Notes under the pieces: model-generated
What the model saw: only the letters and a program-made list of their open reading frames with translations
The model's database searches: none
Told to the model about the DNA's origin: nothing
In this document: in pieces, positions 10,473 to 20,197 of the stretch
How the letters are laid out: every line of letters starts with the position of its first letter
Position numbering within the stretch: the stretch's first letter is position 1
Translations under genes and position numbers: made by a program
IMG/VR virus record: IMGVR_UViG_3300042402_003740
Span: 28,328-92,327 of that record
Source of the DNA: a virus
Direction: 5' to 3' (one strand)
DNA: 64,000 nucleotides

Positions 10473-13400
10473 ATGGGAGCAATTATGTCATCATCTTCAG
10501 GACAGGGATTCACAGGCAGTATAGTAAACGGTTTACCCAATTATGTTCTTGCAGACCGCTCTACCATAGGTATGGGCGATGGCGTGACAGGAGCAATACA
10601 GTATGTGAAAATTCTTTGGGGAGGCAGCGGAGAAGCCAATCTTGTAAGCGATAGCGCATCTGATCCTAGTGCATTGCCTGTCAGTCTCAATACTCCTGAA
10701 AATTATTTCTTAACCGATGCTCTGATTAACGGTATGACCTATACCAATGGTGTGACTGCATTTGCGGTAAAAATACTTGATGCAGCGGGATTGTGTCTAG
10801 GAAGTGTAAGTATAAGCCTTGGAGCAGGGTTTACTCTTGAGGCTGTTCGGAGCGGTCTTACTCTTGGGGTGACATTTGGAGCAATCACTGCTCCTGCTGC
10901 TGGTATTGCAATAAAGAACGCTGTTGTTGGTGGAGCGACACAAGCACTAGGAATCACAGGTTCTGTTTATGTTTTGGGTGGAACTGTTGCTGTAAGTGGA
11001 TTAGACCTTAGTTCTTTGAGTTTTAGTAGTGGGTTAACTATTGCTGGTATATCAGCAGGGGTGACTCTACCTGTTCTCTTTTCTGGAGGAACTCTTGACG
11101 GTATATCAAATACAGTAGGAACTAGAATTAAAGGTATTGATGGGGGGGTTACATTTGCCGCTGTTCTGTACTCACCTGGTGGTACATTCTTGGGAAGTGG
11201 TCTATGTGGATCACTGCTTGTATCTGGTGTGACAGGGGCAATCCCTGTCGGTGTGACTTTTGGAACCTTGACAAGTTTAACAGGTTCTATTAATATTCTA
11301 AACACTCCCACCGTAAAGATAGACTCTACTGATAATACGGTAAAGATAGCCTCTACTGATAATACGGTAAAGATAGCCTCTAGTGATAATACGGTAAAGA
11401 TAGCCTCTACTGATAATACGGTAAAGATAGCCTCTAGTGATAATACGGTAAAGATAGCCTCTACTGATAATACGGTAAAAATCCAACCAACTTTGACCAG
11501 CACAGGCACAGCAGGACAGGCTGGTGGAGGAACAACATTTAACTCTGTATTGACAAATTTCAATGGTGTTCCGATTGGCTATGATGTGTCTGGTGGAGTT
11601 GCAACATTCCGTGGATTCCCTGTGCATGGAGTATCTGGTGCAACTGCCATCCCTGTCCAAATAGTTGGCGGCTTGAGTGGTATTACTATTACGGGATTGG
11701 CATTCCCATCGTCATTTGCTGTGTCAGGTGGAACCTTAGCCGTATCTGGTGGAACACTAGGCTTTGTTCAGATTGGCTCTATCTCTGGTGGAACAGTAAA
11801 CATTGGAAATACTGTAACTGTCGCAGGAAGCGTGTCATTTAGCAATACTTCTCTTGATGTCAATGTGAGTAACACTGATGACGCAAATGCAATTGCAGTA
11901 GCACCTGTTTCTGGCTGGAAAGACTCTTCGAATACATCTCTCAAAAGCCATCTAGATGGTCTTACCGTTGCTGTAAGCGGTTTGAACTTTAGTGGCGGTC
12001 TTTCAATTGTTGGAGCAACGGCCATTCCTGTAGGAATTACAGTTGGATCAGGTGCAAGTGCATATGCCTTGGGAGGACTAGGAGTAACATTTGCCTCTAT
12101 AACCATCTCTGGTACTCCACAAGTCTCTTTGAGTGCGGCTTCATCAATTGAGGTTGAAGGTTCCAGTAATTCTAGATTTACGGCTCCTGTTGGGGTTACG
12201 CTTAATGCTTTGCCGTTAGGTATTACAGCGGTCGGAATTTCTGGAGCAACAAGCAGTACTGTTCTTGGAGTTGGATTATACGGAAGAGGTATAAGTGGCT
12301 TTGTTCCTATTGGAGCGTCTGGTAATGCGCTAAATGTAACAGTTGTTGGCGGCTTAAGTGGAATCACTATTACCGGTTTTGCATTCCCATCATCATTTGC
12401 TGTGTCAGGTGGAACCCTAGCCGTATCTGGTGGAACACTAGGCTTTGTTCAGATTGGCTCTATCTCTGGTGGAACAGTAAACATTGGAAATACGGTAAAT
12501 GTGGGCGGAAGCGTAACTGCTTCTATTAGCAATACCCGTGTTCCAGTATTCCTTGCCGATTCAAGCGGCACGGCGATCAGCAGTATAGATGCAGTTCCTG
12601 TGTTTGGATATGCAGGGGCGACTGCCTTGAGAGTTGTACTATCAGACCAACTTGGAACTCCTCTTGCTTTTGGAGCAAGTGGTGCTTCAGGAACAATCAT
12701 TGGTGTTCCTGTTGTGGGAATCTCTGGAGCAACAGCAGTAGGCGTAACAATAGGGGGACCAATCGGTCTACGGGGAATATCTTTTGGAATGACATCAGGT
12801 GTAACCTCTATTGGTGTCCTCTTTACAAATAACTTTGGGGTTCCTCTTGGCCTATCGGGAGCAACTGTTGTTGGTATGCCTGTGTTTGGAATCTCTGGAG
12901 CAACTGCAATTGATGTGCGAATTGTTGCAGGAACATTCGGAGTAACTCTTAATGCAACTATCAACACTTCAGTAACTTTTGGTGCAACTCTTGGTGTTCG
13001 TATCACAGAGGGTTTCTCAACTGGCGCAACATCAGGTGTAACAGGGATTGGTGTACTCTTCGTGAACAACTTTGGGGTTCCTCTTGGCCTATCGGGAGCA
13101 ACTGTTGTTGGGCTTCCAGTGTTTGGAGTCTCTGGAGCAACAGCAATAGGAGTAACTTTTAGCGGTGTAAGCATCAGACCAGTGCTTGGAAGTAGTGGTA
13201 TTGGAGGTTTGAGTGGTGGAGGAACTACATTCAATACAGTGCTTACAACTGTTGCAGGAGTTCCTATCGGTTATGAGTTAACAGGTGGAGCCGCAATATT
13301 CCGTGGATTACCTGTACACGGAGTATCTGGTGCAACAGCAATTCCTGTTGAAGTTACTGGTGCAGGACTGAAATTCTTTGACGGTATAACTTATAACAAT

Positions 13401-15068
13401 GATGGTGAGGCTTTTATTGGAATATGGAACACAGTAAAGATCACAGGCGATTCTTCATTAAGAATAGGTGTGACTTTTGAAGGAACTGTAAGACTAGAAG
13501 CACAGTTCTCAACAGGAGGCCAAGCCTTCGTGAGAGTCGGAACTACAGACGGTGTCTTTGTAGGAGTTACAGGTACTGTTGCACTACAGACATTAGCAAA
13601 TGGCATCACAAGAGGTGCAACAGGAGTAGCAGTACTCTTCGCAAACAACTTTGGTGTTCCTCTTGGCCTATCGGGAGCAACTGTTGTTGGGCTTCCAGTG
13701 TTTGGAGTCTCTGGAGCAACAGCGATAGGAGTGACCTTTGGTGCTATTACCTTTGGTGCTGCTGGAATGGGCGTGACCTTTGGAGGTATAACATTCAGCA
13801 CAACAAGAACCGTTATCGTTGGGACATCGTTTGCTGGAGGCGGTGGCAATCTAGGACTACCTGTATTTGGAGTCGCTGGTGCGACGGCTGTCCAGGTCAG
13901 TGTTGTTGGAGGAACAGTTAGTGGAATCTTTACAACAGAACCAGGTGGAATAACAGTAACAGCCGTACCAACAGGTATTCCTGTCTTTGGTGTATCTGGT
14001 GCAACAGCAATGGGTGTCACCTTTGCAGGAAGAGTAACGGTTACAGGTGGTGTATATCTCCTTGGAACCGCAGGAATAACATTTGGAGGAATCACAGGTT
14101 CTGTAAGTATTGTTGGCACTCCTAGTGTTAGTATACCCAGTGCTGTAAGTGTACAAAACACCAGCGGTGGTTCCCTAAAGGTAGAACCTTCATCGGCATA
14201 CAGTTCCAATAAAATTGTTTCGGGAAGCACAGCAGACACAGGCTTTATTGTTGTACAAAAGCCTGGAGTAAAGTTTGCCCGTGGTCTGACCCTGAGTACA
14301 GATTTTATCAATGTAACTGTTGTTGGCGGTATAACCGCAGTGTCGATCAATACCTCTCCTGTTTGTGTAACAAAGAACTACACTGGAGAGATAGATGGTG
14401 TAATCAACGGAGAGATCTCTGTTCCTCTAAAGCACGGCTTGTATGTACAGATGACAAAGTGGGATCTTCTTTCCCATGTCTATGTTGGATACACAGCAGC
14501 ATCTCTTTCAGAATTTGATAGACACGCACAGGTTCTGTACCGAGAGTACCAGGTTGCGCCAATCTGGGGAAATGCTATGGAGCAGTTCCGTCAGTTTGCA
14601 GGAAATAGTGGAAACTCTTCTGCATTTGCTAACAACACTATGGCAGATGGGTCAGATCTGTCGGCTAATGTCGAGACACACCCTGTCCAGAAGCAGTTTG
14701 TTGGTGTAATTGAAAAGCCCACACGCATCTTTATACCGTGCCGAAACGCAGGAGAAGTGTACATCAAGGTCGTGGGAGACTACACCAATCACACAATCGG
14801 ATCAGGCTTCTGGAATTTCGAAGGAGGAACGGCAGAATGGTCTGCACACACACTCTATGAGCGTGGCTTCTATGCATCAGATATGAGTGCAATCAATGCT
14901 TTCATAGGAGGAGATACCGATGGAGGAAATCCTGCTTTGAATACAGACGGTAGTCTTGTAGAAGGTCTTCCTGGAATAGTAGTTGCTCAACCTGGTTCAG
15001 GTATAGCAATACAGAAGATACTAGATTCGTATCAGAACAATCCGTTCATACGAATTTGGGGACACTAA
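10473..15068 (+). CDS. Large Gly/Val/Thr-rich repetitive virion (fibre-like) protein
   Basis: 1531 aa; many copies of G(L/M/I)PV(F/H)GVSGATA(I/V)GVT; start may be ATG 10485. Confidence 0.7.
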   Translation: MGAIMSSSSGQGFTGSIVNGLPNYVLADRSTIGMGDGVTGAIQYVKILWGGSGEANLVSDSASDPSALPVSLNTPENYFLTDALINGMTYTNGVTAFAVKILDAAGLCLGSVSISLGAGFTLEAVRSGLTLGVTFGAITAPAAGIAIKNAVVGGATQALGITGSVYVLGGTVAVSGLDLSSLSFSSGLTIAGISAGVTLPVLFSGGTLDGISNTVGTRIKGIDGGVTFAAVLYSPGGTFLGSGLCGSLLVSGVTGAIPVGVTFGTLTSLTGSINILNTPTVKIDSTDNTVKIASTDNTVKIASSDNTVKIASTDNTVKIASSDNTVKIASTDNTVKIQPTLTSTGTAGQAGGGTTFNSVLTNFNGVPIGYDVSGGVATFRGFPVHGVSGATAIPVQIVGGLSGITITGLAFPSSFAVSGGTLAVSGGTLGFVQIGSISGGTVNIGNTVTVAGSVSFSNTSLDVNVSNTDDANAIAVAPVSGWKDSSNTSLKSHLDGLTVAVSGLNFSGGLSIVGATAIPVGITVGSGASAYALGGLGVTFASITISGTPQVSLSAASSIEVEGSSNSRFTAPVGVTLNALPLGITAVGISGATSSTVLGVGLYGRGISGFVPIGASGNALNVTVVGGLSGITITGFAFPSSFAVSGGTLAVSGGTLGFVQIGSISGGTVNIGNTVNVGGSVTASISNTRVPVFLADSSGTAISSIDAVPVFGYAGATALRVVLSDQLGTPLAFGASGASGTIIGVPVVGISGATAVGVTIGGPIGLRGISFGMTSGVTSIGVLFTNNFGVPLGLSGATVVGMPVFGISGATAIDVRIVAGTFGVTLNATINTSVTFGATLGVRITEGFSTGATSGVTGIGVLFVNNFGVPLGLSGATVVGLPVFGVSGATAIGVTFSGVSIRPVLGSSGIGGLSGGGTTFNTVLTTVAGVPIGYELTGGAAIFRGLPVHGVSGATAIPVEVTGAGLKFFDGITYNNDGEAFIGIWNTVKITGDSSLRIGVTFEGTVRLEAQFSTGGQAFVRVGTTDGVFVGVTGTVALQTLANGITRGATGVAVLFANNFGVPLGLSGATVVGLPVFGVSGATAIGVTFGAITFGAAGMGVTFGGITFSTTRTVIVGTSFAGGGGNLGLPVFGVAGATAVQVSVVGGTVSGIFTTEPGGITVTAVPTGIPVFGVSGATAMGVTFAGRVTVTGGVYLLGTAGITFGGITGSVSIVGTPSVSIPSAVSVQNTSGGSLKVEPSSAYSSNKIVSGSTADTGFIVVQKPGVKFARGLTLSTDFINVTVVGGITAVSINTSPVCVTKNYTGEIDGVINGEISVPLKHGLYVQMTKWDLLSHVYVGYTAASLSEFDRHAQVLYREYQVAPIWGNAMEQFRQFAGNSGNSSAFANNTMADGSDLSANVETHPVQKQFVGVIEKPTRIFIPCRNAGEVYIKVVGDYTNHTIGSGFWNFEGGTAEWSAHTLYERGFYASDMSAINAFIGGDTDGGNPALNTDGSLVEGLPGIVVAQPGSGIAIQKILDSYQNNPFIRIWGH
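11313..11474 (+). repeat. Six tandem 27-nt coding repeats (VKIASTDNT)
   Basis: GTAAAGATAGCCTCTA(C/G)TGATAATACG x6 with no spacers. Confidence 0.95.
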
Positions 15069-15079
15069 ACGCTAACCCT

Positions 15080-15517
15080 TTAGGCTTGGGGAGGCGGGGA
15101 GGGCGGCGACTTCTTTGGGGTCAGTCGCCCTTCTGCTATACCCTTCTGTATGTTGGCAAGCAGTTCTTCAATCTGAATCTTACGAGGTTCAGAGTTATTT
15201 CCAGCCTCATAGTTGGAGAATCCAGGCATCTTTCGTGGACAGAGGAGAACAGGGTAGTCAATCTTGGTGTATTCGCCCTCTTTGCCGTTGAGCCACTTGC
15301 CGGGCTTGTCTCCACAACCGCAGTCATTGCAGTAGAACCGACCGTCTTCAACCTTGCTTGGACGAAGGGCAGGACACACAGGAATAGAGTGACCGTCTCC
15401 AAAGCACGAAAGCATACGAACATCTTTGATTGAAGGATCTGCTCGTTTATCATCAAGACCACGAGAAAAACGAGCACGAAGATAAGCCGCCATTTGTCCA
15501 AAAGTAGGAACTGTCAT
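15080..15517 (-). CDS. Cys-rich hypothetical protein (putative Zn-binding)
   Basis: C-x8-C...CNDCGCGD...CP motifs. Confidence 0.7.
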   Translation of the reverse strand: MTVPTFGQMAAYLRARFSRGLDDKRADPSIKDVRMLSCFGDGHSIPVCPALRPSKVEDGRFYCNDCGCGDKPGKWLNGKEGEYTKIDYPVLLCPRKMPGFSNYEAGNNSEPRKIQIEELLANIQKGIAEGRLTPKKSPPSPPPQA

Positions 15518-15519
15518 CT

Positions 15520-16161
15520 TTAACTCCTTTGCTTTTGTGTACGGTCGTAGTGGTCAATAGCCATTTTCAACCTTGGAACATAGTCATTAGTATTGCGAAT
15601 AATCTCCTGCACAATGCCGTCTTCACAGGAGATAAGTATGACAATCTGGGGAACAGCCATTCCTGTGCGCTCTTGCCACATGATTGCATAGGCAGTTGCT
15701 TGGAGGAAATAGTTCTCAATGTCTTCGATACGCTTGGCTTTGGTTGAACCCTTGAAGTCCACCACCGAGAGTTTGCCACGGTATTCCGAAATACAATCGG
15801 TACGCCCTGCAAGACGCAGTAGATCGCTCCACAGGGGAACCTCTTGCCCCCATATTCTGCCAAAGTTCTTTAGATAGGGCTGTAACTGTAGAGCAAGATA
15901 GGTTTCGTCCCGCTGTTCAAGCGTTCCTTTGGAGAGCCAATCTTCCATCAATTTATGAAAATTAGTTCCACGGCGAGTGACCCGTAGGCTCTCTTGTGGA
16001 TTCTCTTCTCTCCACTTGGCGAAGAACTTGTTCTTTTCCCATCCAACAACAGTAGTAACAGAAGGATACACCGCACCGCTAGGCGTGGTATACTGTCGTT
16101 TTCCATTCTCTTCTGTTGTGGATTGTATATCCCAATCTATGGGCAGCGGGTCATAATGCAT
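15520..16161 (-). CDS. Phage PD-(D/E)XK (Cas4-like) exonuclease
   Basis: YPSVTTV, RGTNFH, AGRTDCI...VVDFK, YFLQATAYAIMWQE; typical of T4-like cyanophage exonucleases. Confidence 0.9.
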   Translation of the reverse strand: MHYDPLPIDWDIQSTTEENGKRQYTTPSGAVYPSVTTVVGWEKNKFFAKWREENPQESLRVTRRGTNFHKLMEDWLSKGTLEQRDETYLALQLQPYLKNFGRIWGQEVPLWSDLLRLAGRTDCISEYRGKLSVVDFKGSTKAKRIEDIENYFLQATAYAIMWQERTGMAVPQIVILISCEDGIVQEIIRNTNDYVPRLKMAIDHYDRTQKQRS

Positions 16162-16182
16162 GATTCACGGTATCCTCCGCAG

Positions 16183-16323
16183 TTATTTATGGCGCAAATT
16201 TTTGACTGCTTTGCGTACAAGACTCTCCGTTAGTTCTGCCTTCTTCTGAAGTCCTATTTCGAATTGACGGTCTTCGTTTGTCTTGTTATTTTCTTTTGTT
16301 GGCTTTGGTTGATTCTTCTGCAT
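16183..16323 (-). CDS. Small hypothetical protein (46 aa)
   Basis: MQKNQPK...KNLRHK; tightly packed with neighbours. Confidence 0.5.
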   Translation of the reverse strand: MQKNQPKPTKENNKTNEDRQFEIGLQKKAELTESLVRKAVKNLRHK

Positions 16324-16326
16324 GGC

Positions 16327-16500
16327 TTAATCCTTCTTACCTTTGGCTCGGCTCTTGCTTTTCTTTGGTTCAGGTGGAAGGGTAGTTACAGGAGCCTCTG
16401 CCTTTGGTGCAGGGGTTGTAACAGTTGCCACAGTGTGTGGCTTTTGCCCAAAACCAAAGAGCGACTTTACCCATTCTATTGCTTTTCCTATGAATGCCAT
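16327..16500 (-). CDS. Small hypothetical protein (57 aa)
   Basis: MAFIGKAIEWVKSLFGF...; AAGGA SD. Confidence 0.6.
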   Translation of the reverse strand: MAFIGKAIEWVKSLFGFGQKPHTVATVTTPAPKAEAPVTTLPPEPKKSKSRAKGKKD

Positions 16501-16509
16501 GTTGTTTCC

Positions 16510-16623
16510 TTATGGTAATGACTTGATCCTCTTCAACTGGTCTTGGAGTTCTTTTACCTGTGCCTCAAGCCTTTCAATTCTCTTGAGCAATTCCTGTACC
16601 AGTTCGTTTTCACCATTTTCCAT
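16510..16623 (-). CDS. Small coiled-coil protein (37 aa)
   Basis: MENGENELVQELLKRIERLEAQVKELQ...; preceded by CTAAATA and GGAG. Confidence 0.55.
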   Translation of the reverse strand: MENGENELVQELLKRIERLEAQVKELQDQLKRIKSLP

Positions 16624-16638
16624 AACAATCTCCAGTAT

Positions 16639-17151
16639 TTAGGAGATGAGCAACCTTGCCCACCTCTCCCAGTCCTTCTTTCCCTCAAGAGCCGCATACA
16701 TTATTGCATTTCTTGTGGGAGCAACAGGTCTTTTATGTAGGTGCATTCCTGCTTCTTCGGGTGTGCGATTAGACTTTCTGCGGTTGCAGGGCTTGCAAGC
16801 CGATACGATGTTATCCCAAGAGTTGTCTCCTCCTCGGGATCGTGGCATCACATGGTCAAGGGATGCATTCTTTGAATTGAGATGGCATCCACAGTACTGG
16901 CAACGGTTGCCGTCCCTGCGGTACACATTCCGCTTTGATGGGGACTTTGAGCGGAAAAACGGAACCCGCACATATTCACGAAGAATAATGACCGATGGCA
17001 ACTCAAAGTCGCCACTGGTCGTTTTTATCTTATAGCAGTCGTTGTGGTTGTAGGGTTTTTCTGCTTTTTGGGCAAAAAGCAGTTTGACTGCCTTTACCCA
17101 ATCAATGATATCCAAGACTTCTTCCGAAGCGTTCAGTAGCAATACATCCAT
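16639..17151 (-). CDS. HNH endonuclease (McrA-like)
   Basis: VLLLNAS, RRDGNRCQYCG, SLDHVMPRSRGG, WDNIVSACKPCNRRK. Confidence 0.92.
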   Translation of the reverse strand: MDVLLLNASEEVLDIIDWVKAVKLLFAQKAEKPYNHNDCYKIKTTSGDFELPSVIILREYVRVPFFRSKSPSKRNVYRRDGNRCQYCGCHLNSKNASLDHVMPRSRGGDNSWDNIVSACKPCNRRKSNRTPEEAGMHLHKRPVAPTRNAIMYAALEGKKDWERWARLLIS

Positions 17152-17220
17152 AAGCACCTCTTTCAGAGTAGTTAGGGATACTCTATCTCAAGAACTACAT
17201 GAAGTCAAGATAATAGGTTT

Positions 17221-17577
17221 CTAGAATCTTCTTCTTTTTATTCTCTTGCCTATTCTTCGTGACCTTGCTGTTTTTCTGTTTATTGAGGCTTGCTTTCCTC
17301 TTCGCTTTCTAGCAGCCCTACGGAGTTTCATTTTCTTTCTACGAAGAACAGCGGCAGGAATACGACGAATTTTGCCTTTTACAAGAGTGTACCCTTTTCT
17401 TCCTGCGGTCTTGCCTCTCTTTATCTTTCCACCACGAACACGAATAATTCTTCGGACTCTCTCTAGAAGATACTCACAATCTGCCTCTGCTGCTTCTAGA
17501 GTATCTTCAATGATACATTCATCATCTTTTTGAAGAATTTCTGCCTGTTCGAAAATGAAACTCTTGTATGATTTCAT
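17221..17577 (-). CDS. Highly basic prohead core/internal protein-like
   Basis: MKSYKSFIFE leader, acidic N-part, very Arg/Lys-rich C-part after LLE. Confidence 0.65.
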   Translation of the reverse strand: MKSYKSFIFEQAEILQKDDECIIEDTLEAAEADCEYLLERVRRIIRVRGGKIKRGKTAGRKGYTLVKGKIRRIPAAVLRRKKMKLRRAARKRRGKQASINRKTARSRRIGKRIKRRRF

Positions 17578-19871
17578 CTTTTCAACCGTTTTTCCACTAT
17601 AGATGAAGCGAGTTTTGAGACTTGTTCATTCGTACTACTCTTCTTTCTCCACCCTCCACCTAGCCGTTTGTACAGTTTGGAAGCCCATGCGTTGGAATAT
17701 GCTGATGGGTGGACATCAAAGCCCTTGCCATCGTTTGGACCTGTGATGGTTTCTCCACCGTGTTCCATAGAGGATATGCGTCCCGCCACAAGGTCTTGCA
17801 CTTTGCCCCATAACTCTGGATTTGTTGGCTCGTTTTCTGATGCCTCTCCGAGGATATCGTTAACACTCTTGTCCGAACGCCACATCTGGCAAGACCAGTA
17901 TCGTGCCTTCCACTTTGGACCAACATCATCATCACAAGAGTGACGAGAACGGAAAGCCTTTAGACGGTCGGGATCATCACGCTTGATGCTCATGTTAGGA
18001 TCACCAAACCGAACTTTAACAATATTTCCATTGTCGTTCTTTGTATATACAGCAAACTTCTTCTTTTCTCCTGGTGTACGGAAAGGCTTGTTTAGTGGCT
18101 TGCCCTCACCGTCCTCTTCAGTTATTGTCAATCCTGTTTTATTGTCACGAAGAGCACGCTTTATCATGTCTTGTACAGTTTTGATATCAGCAGAGAACTC
18201 CGCAACAATTCCTCGTTGCTTGTTGTGTTCTTTTTTGTCTCCTGCTTTCTTTGCTTCGTAGGCTAACTTTTCGTGTTTCTTGATGAGGTCTATAAGGTCT
18301 TTGATTGCTTGTTTCATTTCATCAACGGAAACCTCTTTGCCCTCTTGAACCTTGTTAACACCTGTGGATACACGAACTGGCTCTGCTCCACCACCTGGTT
18401 TTCCTTCTCCTTTTTTGCCCATTCCTGCCTCCCTTTGTGCAGAACGCTTGCGACGAACAAACGATGCTATGCCTTCTTTGCCTAATTTTTGTGCTTTTTC
18501 GGGAGATAGGCAAGCGGCATATGCTTCCCCTTCATCCGCATCTCCGCATTTTCCTATTCTTTCACCCTTGCTGTTGTAACGATCCCAACCTGGTGTACCA
18601 TCGGCACTCTGTCGGAACCATTTACCTAGACCAGAGTCACGATAGGTTTCTTCAATCTCTTTTCCTCTGCAATGAGCACGCTGCGAGAAGCCTTTTGGAT
18701 TTTCACAATCAATAGAATCCTTGTACTTCTGTGACCACTTTTCATTCAGAACCTTGTCAACAATGGTCTTGACAGTTTCCACGACCGCAGGATTTTTAGG
18801 AGTTTTCTTTGTGGGTTTCTGCTGTGGTTTCTTCTCTACAGGTTTTCTGTCAGGATTTCTTCTTCTTGGTTGTTCTTGTGTTCCTATACCAGAGAATACC
18901 TTTGCGTCTTGTTCGCTCTTAAAATATCTTACGCCTTTGACATTACCCACAGATCCAGATTGGTTCTTTGCACCAAATCCTGTTTTTGTTTGCCAAACAT
19001 CGCCTGGTTTTGCTTGCATTGCAACCGTTGCCATTCCCTTTTTCTCTTTGTCTGTTGGAGTAGGCGCAGCCGCTCCTGTTGCATCTGTTGCTTTTTTGGT
19101 TTTAGTCGCCCCTGTTACACCTGTGGTTGGTGCAGCGGCTCCGGTACCACCTGAAGGCGATGTAGCCGCCCCTGTAACACCAGTTGTACCAGAGGTGGAT
19201 TTGTCGGTTGTAGGAGCGACAGGCTTGCCTTTACCTTTTTTAGCACCGCTAGATTCCTGTTCTGCTGCGGCCTTTGCCCGGTCACGCATTCCTACCCAAC
19301 CTTTGTCGTTTGCTTCAAGCCATGTTCTGCTCTCTTTTTGAGCGGTATCAACTCTCGCAAGGCGACGATCAAGTGCTTCGATTCTGTCGTAGTCTGGCAT
19401 GGACGATGATTCTGCTTCTGCTTTTCTTGCTTGAAGTCTTTGTCTTGATTGTTCCAAGAACATTGCATGGGCACGCTGATCGTATTTGTTTTCCGATGGC
19501 TTGAACTTTGCAGCATAGTCGGACTCTATGGACTCAAGTTTGCTCATGTTTTCGACGGCAATTTTGCGACGCTCTTTTTGCATATTAAAGCGTGCTTCCA
19601 GTTCTGTTGTGTCTCCCCCTGCTTGCTTTGTCAATTCTATGTCAGAACGAAGAGTCTCCATTTCTGAACGAATCTCTTTTTCATTCGATGCAGCGATCTC
19701 ATGTGCCATTGAGAATCTTTCACGGGCAGCACTAGGGCAATTCTTGTCCAATTGAACACCTGTGACTCTACCAGAGGCATCGCCAACAATCTTTTCTACG
19801 ATAGGCGTTCTTAATAGTCTGCCTACTAGAAACTCTATTTCCTCTATGAGTTCAAGAATTTGTGGTTTCAC
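17574..19871 (-). CDS. Multidomain putative internal head polyprotein
   Basis: Small modules common in T4-like phages (KWSQKYKDSIDCENPKGFSQRAHC; PLNKPFRTPGEKKKFAVY...ARYWSC; PTNPELW...PSAYSNAW) separated by (I/L/V)-x-E sites. Confidence 0.7.
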   Translation of the reverse strand: MKPQILELIEEIEFLVGRLLRTPIVEKIVGDASGRVTGVQLDKNCPSAARERFSMAHEIAASNEKEIRSEMETLRSDIELTKQAGGDTTELEARFNMQKERRKIAVENMSKLESIESDYAAKFKPSENKYDQRAHAMFLEQSRQRLQARKAEAESSSMPDYDRIEALDRRLARVDTAQKESRTWLEANDKGWVGMRDRAKAAAEQESSGAKKGKGKPVAPTTDKSTSGTTGVTGAATSPSGGTGAAAPTTGVTGATKTKKATDATGAAAPTPTDKEKKGMATVAMQAKPGDVWQTKTGFGAKNQSGSVGNVKGVRYFKSEQDAKVFSGIGTQEQPRRRNPDRKPVEKKPQQKPTKKTPKNPAVVETVKTIVDKVLNEKWSQKYKDSIDCENPKGFSQRAHCRGKEIEETYRDSGLGKWFRQSADGTPGWDRYNSKGERIGKCGDADEGEAYAACLSPEKAQKLGKEGIASFVRRKRSAQREAGMGKKGEGKPGGGAEPVRVSTGVNKVQEGKEVSVDEMKQAIKDLIDLIKKHEKLAYEAKKAGDKKEHNKQRGIVAEFSADIKTVQDMIKRALRDNKTGLTITEEDGEGKPLNKPFRTPGEKKKFAVYTKNDNGNIVKVRFGDPNMSIKRDDPDRLKAFRSRHSCDDDVGPKWKARYWSCQMWRSDKSVNDILGEASENEPTNPELWGKVQDLVAGRISSMEHGGETITGPNDGKGFDVHPSAYSNAWASKLYKRLGGGWRKKSSTNEQVSKLASSIVEKRLKR

Positions 19872-20122
19872 TGTCTTCCTTTCAAGTAGTTATGCACAGA
19901 GGAAAGATAATCTGCTGCCTTGGTGATCTTGGACTGTACCCATGCCTCAAGTTCCATATCTGAAGAGAGCATATCCGATATAATACTGGCATGGTCAGAG
20001 ATGTTCTTTAGTTCTCCCTTTGCCATATCTACTTCATCTCCAGGTGCATCACCTGTGGTGCTTGGATTTTCAGTCAGTATTTTGATAATTTGCTCTTGCA
20101 GCCGCTTGTTCTCATCTTGCAT
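19868..20122 (-). CDS. Conserved phage hypothetical protein
   Basis: DMAKGEL...LEAWVQSKITKAADYLSSV; preceded by CTAAATA and GGAG. Confidence 0.75.
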   Translation of the reverse strand: MQDENKRLQEQIIKILTENPSTTGDAPGDEVDMAKGELKNISDHASIISDMLSSDMELEAWVQSKITKAADYLSSVHNYLKGRQ

Positions 20123-20197
20123 AGGAAGCCCTCCGTGTATGTTTATTTAGGCTTTTTGCTAGTGAGGCGAGTTCTGTAATGTATTGGTGAAATGTTT

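Noticed and set aside
10346-10540. 64-aa minus-strand ORF upstream of gene 33
   Set aside because: Overlaps the gene 33 promoter and the start of the divergent plus-strand gene.
11313-11474. 27-nt repeats as a CRISPR array
   Set aside because: The units are contiguous with no spacers and lie in frame within a CDS.
11664-13735. Duplicated segments as DGR template/variable repeats
   Set aside because: Differences are mostly synonymous and not adenine-specific; no reverse transcriptase in the window.
10967-14350. Minus-strand ORFs within the 1531-aa gene (also 59697..60416 on plus)
   Set aside because: Antisense shadows of low-complexity Gly/Val/Ala coding sequence.
15520-16161. Cas4-like gene as part of a CRISPR-Cas system
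   Set aside because: No array or other cas genes; this is the stand-alone exonuclease usual in T4-like phages.
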